IMG/VR virus record: IMGVR_UViG_3300027969_000081
Direction: 5' to 3' (one strand)
DNA: 20,000 nt
Origin: an uncultured virus (IMG/VR IMGVR_UViG_3300027969_000081)
Taxonomy: Duplodnaviria; Heunggongvirae; Uroviricota; Caudoviricetes
Below are positions 1-8,091 of this stretch, piece after piece. Under the pieces are notes generated by a model. That model ran no database searches. It was given only the letters and a program-made list of their open reading frames with translations, and had not been told where the DNA came from. The position numbers and the translations under genes were made by a program. The number at the start of each line of letters is the position of its first letter. Positions within the stretch are counted from its first letter, which is position 1.

Positions 1-1
1 T

Positions 2-343
2 GTGTTTGTATCTGGTACAATGAAATCCAAGGATAGGAAAGAAGAGTATGACGAAGTTTCAACTAGTGACAAGAAAGTTATTATCGCAACATATGGCGTC
101 GCGGCTGTCGGTATTAATATTCCTCGCATCTTTAATATGGTTCTTGTTGAGCCTGGTAAGTCGTTTGTTCGAGTTATTCAATCAATAGGACGAGGCATTA
201 GAAAAGCTGAAGATAAAGATTTTGTACAAATTTGGGATATAACCAGTACAGCAAAATTTGCCAAGCGACATTTAGCTAAACGAAAGAAATTTTACGATGA
301 TGCAAGCTATCCGCATAAAACAGAAAAGGTAATTTATAAATGA
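2..343 (+). CDS. uvsW: SF2 DNA helicase, UvsW-like, C-terminal part (5'-truncated by the window)
   Basis: Helicase motif V-like ATYGVAAVGINIP and motif VI QSIGRGIR, followed by IWDI and HLAKRKKFY, typical of T4 UvsW-family C-termini. Confidence 0.85.
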   Translation: MFVSGTMKSKDRKEEYDEVSTSDKKVIIATYGVAAVGINIPRIFNMVLVEPGKSFVRVIQSIGRGIRKAEDKDFVQIWDITSTAKFAKRHLAKRKKFYDDASYPHKTEKVIYK

Positions 344-846
344 ACATATTAACAGTAGACAATGTCACCTATGACTTAGATAGGTTACCTGATGAAATTG
401 GTGAGGATCTAAGATACGGAGTACTTGACTACAGTAATCCAGCTGATGTAGATTACATTTTTGTACCATTGGTATTTTTAGAAAGTTTTAGTTGTCCAGC
501 CGCGGTACTGCGTATTGGTAATCGAGAACTTAAAGTACCACTGGACTGGTCGTTAATTATTGGAGAACCAGATCATGGAGACCCTGAGGTAATTAACGTT
601 ATGAGTATCAACGATAGAGGATTTAGTGCATTTGTTTTTAATCCTATTAATGGTTACAAGCCAGAGTGGCATAAAGTTGAAGTAGTAAACATTTATCAAG
701 AAGTCAAATGGTATGTTCCTAAGTTAAAATTTGGACATGTATTAACTGTTCCATTAACAGCAGGTATGGACCCACCATGTGCATTTTTTCTTAAAGAGAC
801 AAATAAGATTCCTGAAGTACTTGACCTAAACAAAATTTGGTTTTAA
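340..846 (+). CDS. Conserved-looking phage hypothetical protein, beta-rich (possible degenerate Hint-like fold)
   Basis: 168-aa ORF whose ATG overlaps the helicase stop; alternating hydrophobic beta-strand pattern. Confidence 0.7.
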   Translation: MNILTVDNVTYDLDRLPDEIGEDLRYGVLDYSNPADVDYIFVPLVFLESFSCPAAVLRIGNRELKVPLDWSLIIGEPDHGDPEVINVMSINDRGFSAFVFNPINGYKPEWHKVEVVNIYQEVKWYVPKLKFGHVLTVPLTAGMDPPCAFFLKETNKIPEVLDLNKIWF

Positions 847-854
847 AATACTAC

Positions 855-1346
855 ATGGTCACTAAAAAGAAAACACCAGCATCTGCAACATACAAGCTAC
901 CCATTGAACAGGTGATGGCAGCCATAGATCTACGCAAGGGCGACTATTATAGCAATCTCAGCAACGAAGATGAAAAGTCATTAAGCACTTACATGTCGCA
1001 GAGATGGGCCAGTCAAGTACAAGGTAGTAGAGATATACAAGAACATTATTTGGTTACAATTAACGAATTATCAAATATTGATTATATTGCAACAACAAGT
1101 AAACACGAAGAGATGCGCTGGCGTGTAATGGCGTTAGTAGGCCTGGGACAAAAATTAAGACATGAGTTCATACCACCCAAGGGTGCAAAAAAGGACAAGC
1201 TGGCATCGTGGTTAATAGAACAATTTCCACAACTCAACGATGACGAGATTGAACTATTTCGAGAAGTCAATGGCATGGATGTGTTAGAAGAAATTGCTCA
1301 GGCTAAAAACATGGGTGATAAACAAGTTAAGGATTTATTTAAATAG
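855..1346 (+). CDS. Probable clamp-loader small subunit (T4 gp62-like)
   Basis: ATG at 855 preferred to the track start at 837. YMSQRWAS...INELSN...HEFIPPK resembles the gp62 pattern (Y..nR.lS...nemN...W.K); size and replication-gene context fit. Confidence 0.5.
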   Translation: MVTKKKTPASATYKLPIEQVMAAIDLRKGDYYSNLSNEDEKSLSTYMSQRWASQVQGSRDIQEHYLVTINELSNIDYIATTSKHEEMRWRVMALVGLGQKLRHEFIPPKGAKKDKLASWLIEQFPQLNDDEIELFREVNGMDVLEEIAQAKNMGDKQVKDLFK

Positions 1347-1347
1347 T

Positions 1348-2037
1348 ATGTTGGATTATCAATGTCGATTCTGCAACAAGAGTTTTACAAGAGAACGTAC
1401 ATTGAGTAGTCATATGTGTGAGCGAAAGCACAGATGGATGGCGAAAGATGATCCACCAAGCCGTATTGCTTTTAGTGTATGGATTGACTTTATGAAATAT
1501 GTCAGCCCAAACTCAAAAAAAGAAAAAAGCTTGGATGATTTTATTAAAAGTCCAGACTATATTGGATTTTTAAAATTTGCTAATTATTTGATCGAACTTC
1601 GACCAGTTGACAGTGATAAATTTGTACACTGGTTGTTTAAAATGGGAGTAAGATTGGGCGATTGGCAAAAACCTGGCACATACCAATTATATGTTCAGGA
1701 AGCTGCCAAAAAGGAGACAGCTGAAAGAGCGTTAGAAAAAACTATACTTACCATGCGAGAGTGGGGTGAGTCAACTGGAGAACCTTGGACTCAATTTTTT
1801 AATAAAATTGCACCTGCGTCAGCAATGAACATGGTAGTAATGGGCAGACTAAGTCCATGGATTATCTATTCAGCAGAGGCAGCGCAAGACTTATTAGATC
1901 GAATGGAACCGGGTCAAATTGAAACAGTTGCTAAACATGTGGATACAGAATGGTGGATAAAAAAATTAAAAACAGCGTCAGTAGAGGCACAGTGGATAAA
2001 CACGACAATGAAGCAGGTTTTAGATTTGCAGAATTAG
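1348..2037 (+). CDS. Hypothetical protein with N-terminal C2H2/C2HC-type zinc finger
   Basis: ATG at 1348, just after the upstream stop. YQCRFCNKSFTRERTLSSHMCERKH fits the YxCxxCxKxFxxxxxLxxHxC pattern. Confidence 0.7.
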   Translation: MLDYQCRFCNKSFTRERTLSSHMCERKHRWMAKDDPPSRIAFSVWIDFMKYVSPNSKKEKSLDDFIKSPDYIGFLKFANYLIELRPVDSDKFVHWLFKMGVRLGDWQKPGTYQLYVQEAAKKETAERALEKTILTMREWGESTGEPWTQFFNKIAPASAMNMVVMGRLSPWIIYSAEAAQDLLDRMEPGQIETVAKHVDTEWWIKKLKTASVEAQWINTTMKQVLDLQN

Positions 2038-2150
2038 AAGAACGACTGAAACTGCTTATTACTCGGATGGAGGCTATGACCACAGCTATGGCCGAGATGA
2101 AAGCTGAACAAGATAATTTAGTTGAATTAATTAAAAGAAAGTTGCTTTAA
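1992..2150 (+). CDS. Small coiled-coil hypothetical protein
   Basis: Fills the gap before the DnaE-like gene (TAATG coupling at 2148-2152); heptad pattern LEERLKLLITRMEAMTTAMAEMKAE. Start uncertain: GTG 1992 with GAGG upstream, or ATG 1950. Confidence 0.55.
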   Translation: MDKHDNEAGFRFAELEERLKLLITRMEAMTTAMAEMKAEQDNLVELIKRKLL

Positions 2151-2737
2151 TGAGCCAACCAGACATTGACATTGACTTTGCAAATAGAGAAGAGATTTTA
2201 AATCTATTAGACCATGTGCCTGCTATGCAATTGATGCAAAATGGTACAAAACAAAAACACAAAACTGGTGTGTATTTTCATCCGGTACCAATTAATCCAT
2301 TCACTGGTTGGTGTGAAGTGGATTATCAAACAGCTGAAGAGCTTGGATTTTTTAAAGTAGATCTGTTAAACGTTAGCCTATACCAACAAGTAAAAAGCAA
2401 AGAACATTTAGATCAACTTGCAAGCCAGGAGCCATTATGGGACCTGTTACAGCAAGATGAGTTTGTAAATCTGTTATTTCATTTAAACGGACACGGAGAT
2501 GTACTGAGAAAGACTTGCCCTACTTCTGTGGAACAATTAGCTGCCGTTCTTGGAATGATACGCCCGGCAAAACGTTATCTGATTGGAAAGCCATGGTCGA
2601 CTATTATGAAAGAAGTCTGGATTAAACCAACATCTGATGATTATTTCTTTAAAAAGAGTCACGCCACTGCTTATGCAGTTGCTATTGTTGCACAAATGAA
2701 TTTGATTTGTGAGCAAATAAGCTACGGTTATAGTTAA
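2150..2737 (+). CDS. Minimal DNA polymerase III alpha (DnaE, family C)-like catalytic core
   Basis: DnaE motifs in the correct order: PDIDIDF, KHKTGVYF, ELGFFKVDLLNV, LFHL, PTSVEQLAAVLGMIRP, YFFKKSHATAYA; only 195 aa. Confidence 0.85.
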   Translation: MSQPDIDIDFANREEILNLLDHVPAMQLMQNGTKQKHKTGVYFHPVPINPFTGWCEVDYQTAEELGFFKVDLLNVSLYQQVKSKEHLDQLASQEPLWDLLQQDEFVNLLFHLNGHGDVLRKTCPTSVEQLAAVLGMIRPAKRYLIGKPWSTIMKEVWIKPTSDDYFFKKSHATAYAVAIVAQMNLICEQISYGYS

Positions 2738-3108
2738 TCCATTCTACGTACAAGGCTAATTTGCCGCCGCTTTGTACGCTTGGTAATAACATTTGTAAGA
2801 CTAGTTTGATGGCCGTACAGTACTTCAAAGTCTTTAGTTGAATATGTCTTCAATGCGTATGAAAATCTTCGCATTGGTTCCTTTAGTACAATATTAATAG
2901 GAATTATTCGGTTTGACCCCCACCACCATTCTGCACCTACACTTAAAAATTCTGTTTTATCTAAGTCGTCCCGTAAAAGATTGTAAATATACATAGTAAC
3001 AACAACAGCATCGCTGTTTTGAATAATGCCTACAAGTTCTTGGTCGCCATAACGAACCAAACTCATAAATGGGAATCTTTCTAAGAACTCTCTAATTTTA
3101 TTGTCCAT
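2734..3108 (-). CDS. Hypothetical protein (putative late gene)
   Basis: 124-aa ORF filling a gap with no + strand gene; CTAAGTA motif 7 nt upstream of the ATG; basic C-terminus KRTKRRQISLVRR. Confidence 0.75.
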   Translation of the reverse strand: MDNKIREFLERFPFMSLVRYGDQELVGIIQNSDAVVVTMYIYNLLRDDLDKTEFLSVGAEWWWGSNRIIPINIVLKEPMRRFSYALKTYSTKDFEVLYGHQTSLTNVITKRTKRRQISLVRRMD

Positions 3109-3115
3109 GGTATAT

Positions 3116-3122
3116 TACTTAG
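3116..3122 (-). promoter_or_regulatory. Putative late promoter (CTAAGTA on the - strand)
   Basis: Same TAA(A/G)TA motif seen before several other genes; related to the T4 late promoter TATAAATA. Confidence 0.5.
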
Positions 3123-3146
3123 TGTTTTGATCATAGGGGTGTCCGG

Positions 3147-3153
3147 CTAAATA
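3147..3153 (+). promoter_or_regulatory. Putative late promoter (CTAAATA)
   Basis: TAAATA core, 5 nt upstream of ATG 3159. Confidence 0.6.
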
Positions 3154-3158
3154 AACGT

Positions 3159-3971
3159 ATGGCAAATTTAAATACATCCATTCCAACAGCTTCTCTGAAT
3201 TATTCCGGCGCTGGCACTGGCCCAAGTGCTACAAGACATGCACCAAGCTACACCGACCAACGCATTGTTTGGTTTAAAGGGGTTGACAACCTATTAGATT
3301 TAACTATTTCCGGAGGCGATCGACGCCCGGTGAGCTTATTGCGTAGGGAAGTAACAATTACATTTTGGGATAGATCGTCAGGTACAACAATTTTCCGTCG
3401 TCGTGCAATGCCAACCGTTGCCGAAAATGGGCAAGCCAGATTAACAGTATATGCCAGAGATTTAATGATGCTAAGTTCGGGAATATACACTCTTAGTGCA
3501 ACATTTGTTGATGGAAACGGATTAGAAACTGCTTTAACATGGAATCGCGCACAACAGGCTGGATTTGATGTAGAAGTAAAAGATGAAGTTATTCCAACTT
3601 CTAGAAGTACTCAGATCATAACAAACTTCACTGAAGTTAGCACAGAAAATACCAATAGCCTTTTAGTATCAAGTGCAGTCAATGGACCTTTATTTTATCG
3701 TAAAGACACGGCGCTATTTACAGTTGGTGTGTATGCTAGCAATTGGACAGGGACACTGATTGTACAAGGTACTTTTGATGAAGTAGTAACCGGGTTAACA
3801 TTATGGGCAGACTTGAAGCCACAAGATACCAGCTCTGTATCGTTGACGCTTAATGGGTTTACTGGCATTGACCCATATAATTATTATGCCAGTATTCGAT
3901 GGCTACGAGTTATTAAAATTAACTCACGAAGTAACGCAGGAACACTTGACAAGATCTTAATAAGAGTGTAA
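3159..3971 (+). CDS. Hypothetical protein, probably virion structural (beta-sandwich/Ig-like domains)
   Basis: 270 aa, Thr/Ser/Gly-rich with beta-strand patterning (GIYTLSATFVD, WTGTLIVQGT, IRWLRV); preceded by the late motif. Confidence 0.6.
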   Translation: MANLNTSIPTASLNYSGAGTGPSATRHAPSYTDQRIVWFKGVDNLLDLTISGGDRRPVSLLRREVTITFWDRSSGTTIFRRRAMPTVAENGQARLTVYARDLMMLSSGIYTLSATFVDGNGLETALTWNRAQQAGFDVEVKDEVIPTSRSTQIITNFTEVSTENTNSLLVSSAVNGPLFYRKDTALFTVGVYASNWTGTLIVQGTFDEVVTGLTLWADLKPQDTSSVSLTLNGFTGIDPYNYYASIRWLRVIKINSRSNAGTLDKILIRV

Positions 3972-3974
3972 TAT
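3946..3974 (+). promoter_or_regulatory. Sigma70-type promoter for primase/helicase
   Basis: TTGACA (3946-3951), 17-bp spacer, TAATAT (3969-3974); lies within the end of the upstream gene. Confidence 0.6.
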
Positions 3975-3985
3975 ATACACTCAAC

Positions 3986-4954
3986 ATGAGTCTTATTGAA
4001 TCCACTATTCGGGCACATCTGCCCATCGTAAAGTCAACAACTAACGGTTGGATGACTGTGAATTGCCCTATGTGTGTACAGAACGGGCAAGCCCGTCCTG
4101 ATACCCGACACCGTGGCGGCTTTAGATTTGATAGTGGCAAGGTGGCATATCAATGTTTTAATTGCCACATGATAACCGGATGGCACCCTGGCAGTAGATT
4201 GGGATTTAAACTAACCAAATTAATGCGGGCATTTGGCATTGACGATGGTGAGATACAACGATTAAAAATTCAACTGTGGGACCAAGTAGTTGAGGATGAC
4301 ACATTTGTTGAAGAGCCATTTAAAAAACCAAACTGGGGAGAAATTGAGTTTCCGTGGGAGATACAAGACATAACACTAGCGGCAGCAGAGTATTTGGACA
4401 GTCGCGGAGTATTAGAATTAACTGATTGGTTTACTAGTACAAGTAGCATACAAGGAATGAACAATCGTGTTATACTTCCATATGTAAGCGATGGAAAGAT
4501 TGTTGGTTATTCTGCCAGGTGGATTGGTGATGTGCCTGACAAGAAAACTGCAAAAATGATTGCAAGTAGACCATCAAACTTTGTTTTTAATCTTGATCAT
4601 CAAAATACATCTCGCAAGTATACATTAGTAGTCGAAGGCGAATACGATGCACTAACATTAGATGCAGTGGCCATAATGACTAATAATATTAGTCCAGAAC
4701 AGGCCAAAATCATTGAAGATATTGATAATGACCCAGTTATACTACCTGACCGAGATCGCGCAGGGCTACAATTAGCATTACAAGCGGCCGAATTGGGATG
4801 GTCGGTAAGTTTTCCAGACTGGCCAGATGGAATTAAAGATGCCAATCAGGCTGCTCAAGAATTTGGCAGAGTGGCCACATTACAAAGTGTGTTAACGGCA
4901 ATAGAGCACTCACCATTGAAGATTAAATTATTAGCAAGGCGGTGGTGTGTATAA
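3986..4954 (+). CDS. DNA primase (Zn-binding domain plus TOPRIM; T4 gp61/DnaG-like)
   Basis: CPMC...CFNC zinc ligands; GYSAR; TOPRIM motifs VVEGEYDAL, PDRDRAG and KDAN; two genes upstream of the replicative helicase. Confidence 0.9.
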   Translation: MSLIESTIRAHLPIVKSTTNGWMTVNCPMCVQNGQARPDTRHRGGFRFDSGKVAYQCFNCHMITGWHPGSRLGFKLTKLMRAFGIDDGEIQRLKIQLWDQVVEDDTFVEEPFKKPNWGEIEFPWEIQDITLAAAEYLDSRGVLELTDWFTSTSSIQGMNNRVILPYVSDGKIVGYSARWIGDVPDKKTAKMIASRPSNFVFNLDHQNTSRKYTLVVEGEYDALTLDAVAIMTNNISPEQAKIIEDIDNDPVILPDRDRAGLQLALQAAELGWSVSFPDWPDGIKDANQAAQEFGRVATLQSVLTAIEHSPLKIKLLARRWCV

Positions 4955-5144
4955 AATTAAACTTGATTGGAAACTTGGCCAAGATACTGACGAATGGTGG
5001 AACCATGTATGTGCATGGGCAATTGAAGAATTTGGATTACCAGGTGACACGTACAAAACAGAACTAACAGAAGATTATATGATTTTTAATTTCAACAAAA
5101 AAGAAAATGCCGCACTAATGGCCTTACGATGGGGGAATAACTAA
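4947..5144 (+). CDS. Small hypothetical protein
   Basis: 65 aa, GTG start, overlaps both the primase and helicase genes; Trp-rich (WWNHVCAWAIEEFG...ALRW). Confidence 0.7.
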   Translation: MYKIKLDWKLGQDTDEWWNHVCAWAIEEFGLPGDTYKTELTEDYMIFNFNKKENAALMALRWGNN

Positions 5145-6613
5145 TGGCAAATGATATAAAAGAATATGGCTATGAATTACAAAAACTATTTTTGGACTTC
5201 TTGGTCAGTAATAGAGACCTGGCTGCCAGATGCCAAAACGTATTAGATCCAGAACATTTTGATCGTAGGTTGCGTGCCGCGGCTGAATTTATTAAGACGT
5301 ATGTAAGTGAACATGGCAACATTCCAGATATTACACAAGTCAAAGCAACAACAAACACAGATCTTTCAAACCTAGAAACTCAGGCAATTGAACACAGCTC
5401 ATGGTTCTTAACTGAGTTTGAAGGCTTTGCAAGACACAAGGCGTTAGAAAAAGCAATCTTACAAAGTGCAGATCTGCTAGATAAGAGTCAGTACGGATCA
5501 GTTGAAAAGCTTATTAAAGAAGCAGTACAAGTTGGGTTGCCAAAGACATTTGGTACAGATTACTTTGCAGATCCAAAGGCAAGATTAGAAGCACTCAAAG
5601 ACAACAACGGACAATTGACTACAGGTTGGAAGACACTTGATGACAAACTATACGGTGGGTTTAATAGAGGTGAGTTGAATATCTTTGCAGGTGCATCTGG
5701 TGCAGGTAAGAGTTTGTTCTTACAGAACTTGGGCTTGAATTGGGCAATGGCAGGACTGAATACTGTTTACTTTTCGTTAGAACTTTCAGAGGGGTTGTGC
5801 AGTATGCGTATGGATGCTATGCTAACAGACACACCAACTCGTGAAGTATTTAAAAGATTAGATGATGTTGATCTTAAGGTTCGCATGAACGGAAAGAAGG
5901 CTGGCATATTACAAATTGTGCAGTTAACAAACGGTATTACTGCCAATGATATTTTAGCATGGGTACGAGAATTTCAAACTCAACGCAAGATTAAGGTAGA
6001 TGCCATCTTGGTTGATTACTTGGACCTAATGATGCCAGCAAGTCAAAAAATTAGCGTGAGTGACATGTTTGTCAAAGACAAGCTGGTAGCAGAAGAATTA
6101 CGTAATCTTGTGGTCACAGAACAATTACTATTAGCAACAGCATCTCAGTTAAATCGTAGTGCAGTTGAAAGTGTTGAATTTGATCATTCAATGATTGCTG
6201 GTGGTTTAAGTAAAATCCAAACAGCTGACAACGTTTTTGGTATCTACAGTACTCCTGCAATGCGAGAGCGGGGAATGGTTCAGCTTCAGTTTATGAAAAC
6301 ACGTAGTTCAAGTGCAGTTGGGCAAAAGATTGATTTGAGTTTTAATCCTGATACTTTGCGTATCAGCGATTCTACAGAAGACACTGCCCCAAGCACCTAC
6401 AGCGCCGCATCTACATACAATAAAATCCAAAGAAAAACCAATGTTGGAACCACTGTCAATACTGCATCCACATCATGGGAAAAACCAACTGGTACTCATG
6501 CATGGGATAAACCCATGGTAACATCAGAAACAACAGCCAAATCTATGCCTGTTTCAACAGGTGTGTCAGACGCAAGGAAGCAATTAACAGCAATTGTAAC
6601 TCGTGAAATCTAA
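5144..6613 (+). CDS. Replicative DNA helicase (T4 gp41/DnaB family)
   Basis: TGWKTLD, Walker A GASGAGKS, YFSLEL, Walker B ILVDYLDL, TASQLNRS, KTRSS. Confidence 0.95.
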   Translation: MANDIKEYGYELQKLFLDFLVSNRDLAARCQNVLDPEHFDRRLRAAAEFIKTYVSEHGNIPDITQVKATTNTDLSNLETQAIEHSSWFLTEFEGFARHKALEKAILQSADLLDKSQYGSVEKLIKEAVQVGLPKTFGTDYFADPKARLEALKDNNGQLTTGWKTLDDKLYGGFNRGELNIFAGASGAGKSLFLQNLGLNWAMAGLNTVYFSLELSEGLCSMRMDAMLTDTPTREVFKRLDDVDLKVRMNGKKAGILQIVQLTNGITANDILAWVREFQTQRKIKVDAILVDYLDLMMPASQKISVSDMFVKDKLVAEELRNLVVTEQLLLATASQLNRSAVESVEFDHSMIAGGLSKIQTADNVFGIYSTPAMRERGMVQLQFMKTRSSSAVGQKIDLSFNPDTLRISDSTEDTAPSTYSAASTYNKIQRKTNVGTTVNTASTSWEKPTGTHAWDKPMVTSETTAKSMPVSTGVSDARKQLTAIVTREI

Positions 6614-6623
6614 ATTTAATTGG

Positions 6624-6630
6624 ATAAATA
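6624..6630 (+). promoter_or_regulatory. Putative late promoter (ATAAATA)
   Basis: 7/8 match to T4 late TATAAATA, 7 nt upstream of ATG 6638. Confidence 0.65.
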
Positions 6631-6637
6631 ACTTACT

Positions 6638-6889
6638 ATGCGTAAACAGACACGAAGTATTTTAGACGAAATTACCGGCTTGGTACCGAAGCAAGATAAA
6701 CACCTATTGGTTGAAGGGCTAGCAACTCAGGCTATTGCACGAGTTATTAACTTAATGGAAGTTATACAACAAAACTATCCTCCTCATCAAGCAGAAGAGC
6801 TAGTTCGTCGATTGCAATTGGCCATTAAAAATGGTGATACTGCTAAGTTTACTCGCGGAGTAAGAGCTATAAAGGAAAGCGAGCAGTGA
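6638..6889 (+). CDS. Small helical hypothetical protein
   Basis: 83-aa ORF after the late motif, coupled to the next gene by GTGA. Confidence 0.75.
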   Translation: MRKQTRSILDEITGLVPKQDKHLLVEGLATQAIARVINLMEVIQQNYPPHQAEELVRRLQLAIKNGDTAKFTRGVRAIKESEQ

Positions 6890-8091
6890 AAATTAAAGAA
6901 CTACAAAAAGTAAGCCTAGAAGAAGGGTTCATTGACAATTTAATTGCCAAAGTCAAAAACATGGCTGGCGAAGATGGTCCAACTGGTGTAGTTAGGGCAT
7001 TAATGGGTAACAACGCCGCTTTGAATAAATTTGCAGATACCATTGCAAATACAGCTACTCCTAAAATTACTCAGAGACTTGGTAATCAACTTAATGCTAT
7101 AAAAAATGCCTCAACTCCAGTTCCATTGAGTATGATTTACAAGCAAGTAATGCAGGTAGGTATACAGCTTGCGGCCAAAGACAACAATGAAGTAACTGCA
7201 ACTGAAATACAAGGCACTATTAGAGCAAATAAAGATGCTGTATTAAAAATGTTGCTTAATGGCTCGGTTGCAGACGATAATAGAGTTCGAGATATATTCC
7301 AAGCTATCCTGACTAACTCTGCTACAATTGATGGCGACTTTGATGTTACTATTAAAACAGTCAGTTTAATTGTTGCTGGTACTATTATTTTTATTCAAAC
7401 AGAAAAAGAAGATTCAGATTCTGAAACATCATTGGATGCTGGGTTAAAAACTAAATTTGAGCAAGAAGGCGAGCAGTTTAATAAAGAAGTACTAGATCCA
7501 ACTACTGGTATCTTTAAAACATTGAACCCAAATGAAAAATTTAAAGACAATATGGAAACTGTGATAGTTCAGCTGGTCAAGACAATTCAAGACAAATACT
7601 TGCCAATGCCAACTGATAAGTTAACATCATTGACAACAGCCGTCCCGCCATTGTTTAGTCCAGTGCAATTAAAGACACTGATTGCATCACATGACAATGC
7701 CTTGGATGCAACTGCAATTGCAACAGCACAAGATAAAATTACAGCATTGCTACAGGCTCAGTTTACTACATGGCTAGCACTGGCAGCTAAAGAATCAACA
7801 AATGGGCGTAAAGCAGACCATTCTTTTGATCTTTATAGAGAATGGGCAAAGAGTGCATTAGGCCTTATTGATAATATGAATATCAGCGGTACACAGTCAT
7901 CGGCACCAGGAACAAAGCCAAGTGATCCAGCAGTTGAAGATGCCTTTGAAAAAGCACACGACGCAGGAGAAGCCGCTCGCCGACGAGTAGTTCCAAACAC
8001 AGGTGAGAGCAACGAGGACTTTATCAACAGAGCCAATGCTGAATATGAACAGGCAAGAGTTGATTATCTAAAGGCGCACACACCACCATGA
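6886..8091 (+). CDS. Hypothetical alpha-helical protein, candidate internal head/ejected protein
   Basis: 401 aa, GTG start; N-terminus MKIKELQKVSLEEG; Ala/Thr-rich and helical. Confidence 0.7.
   Translation: MKIKELQKVSLEEGFIDNLIAKVKNMAGEDGPTGVVRALMGNNAALNKFADTIANTATPKITQRLGNQLNAIKNASTPVPLSMIYKQVMQVGIQLAAKDNNEVTATEIQGTIRANKDAVLKMLLNGSVADDNRVRDIFQAILTNSATIDGDFDVTIKTVSLIVAGTIIFIQTEKEDSDSETSLDAGLKTKFEQEGEQFNKEVLDPTTGIFKTLNPNEKFKDNMETVIVQLVKTIQDKYLPMPTDKLTSLTTAVPPLFSPVQLKTLIASHDNALDATAIATAQDKITALLQAQFTTWLALAAKESTNGRKADHSFDLYREWAKSALGLIDNMNISGTQSSAPGTKPSDPAVEDAFEKAHDAGEAARRRVVPNTGESNEDFINRANAEYEQARVDYLKAHTPP

Noticed and set aside
1339..1345. TTAAATA before ATG 1348 as a late promoter
   Set aside because: Only 2 nt from the ATG and formed by the last codons and stop of the upstream gene; likely chance in AT-rich DNA
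1950..2737. Frameshifted or pseudogenised full-length dnaE spanning neighbouring ORFs
   Set aside because: The flanking ORFs show no PHP, GRGS, HhH or OB motifs; the missing parts are internal in-frame deletions between intact motifs
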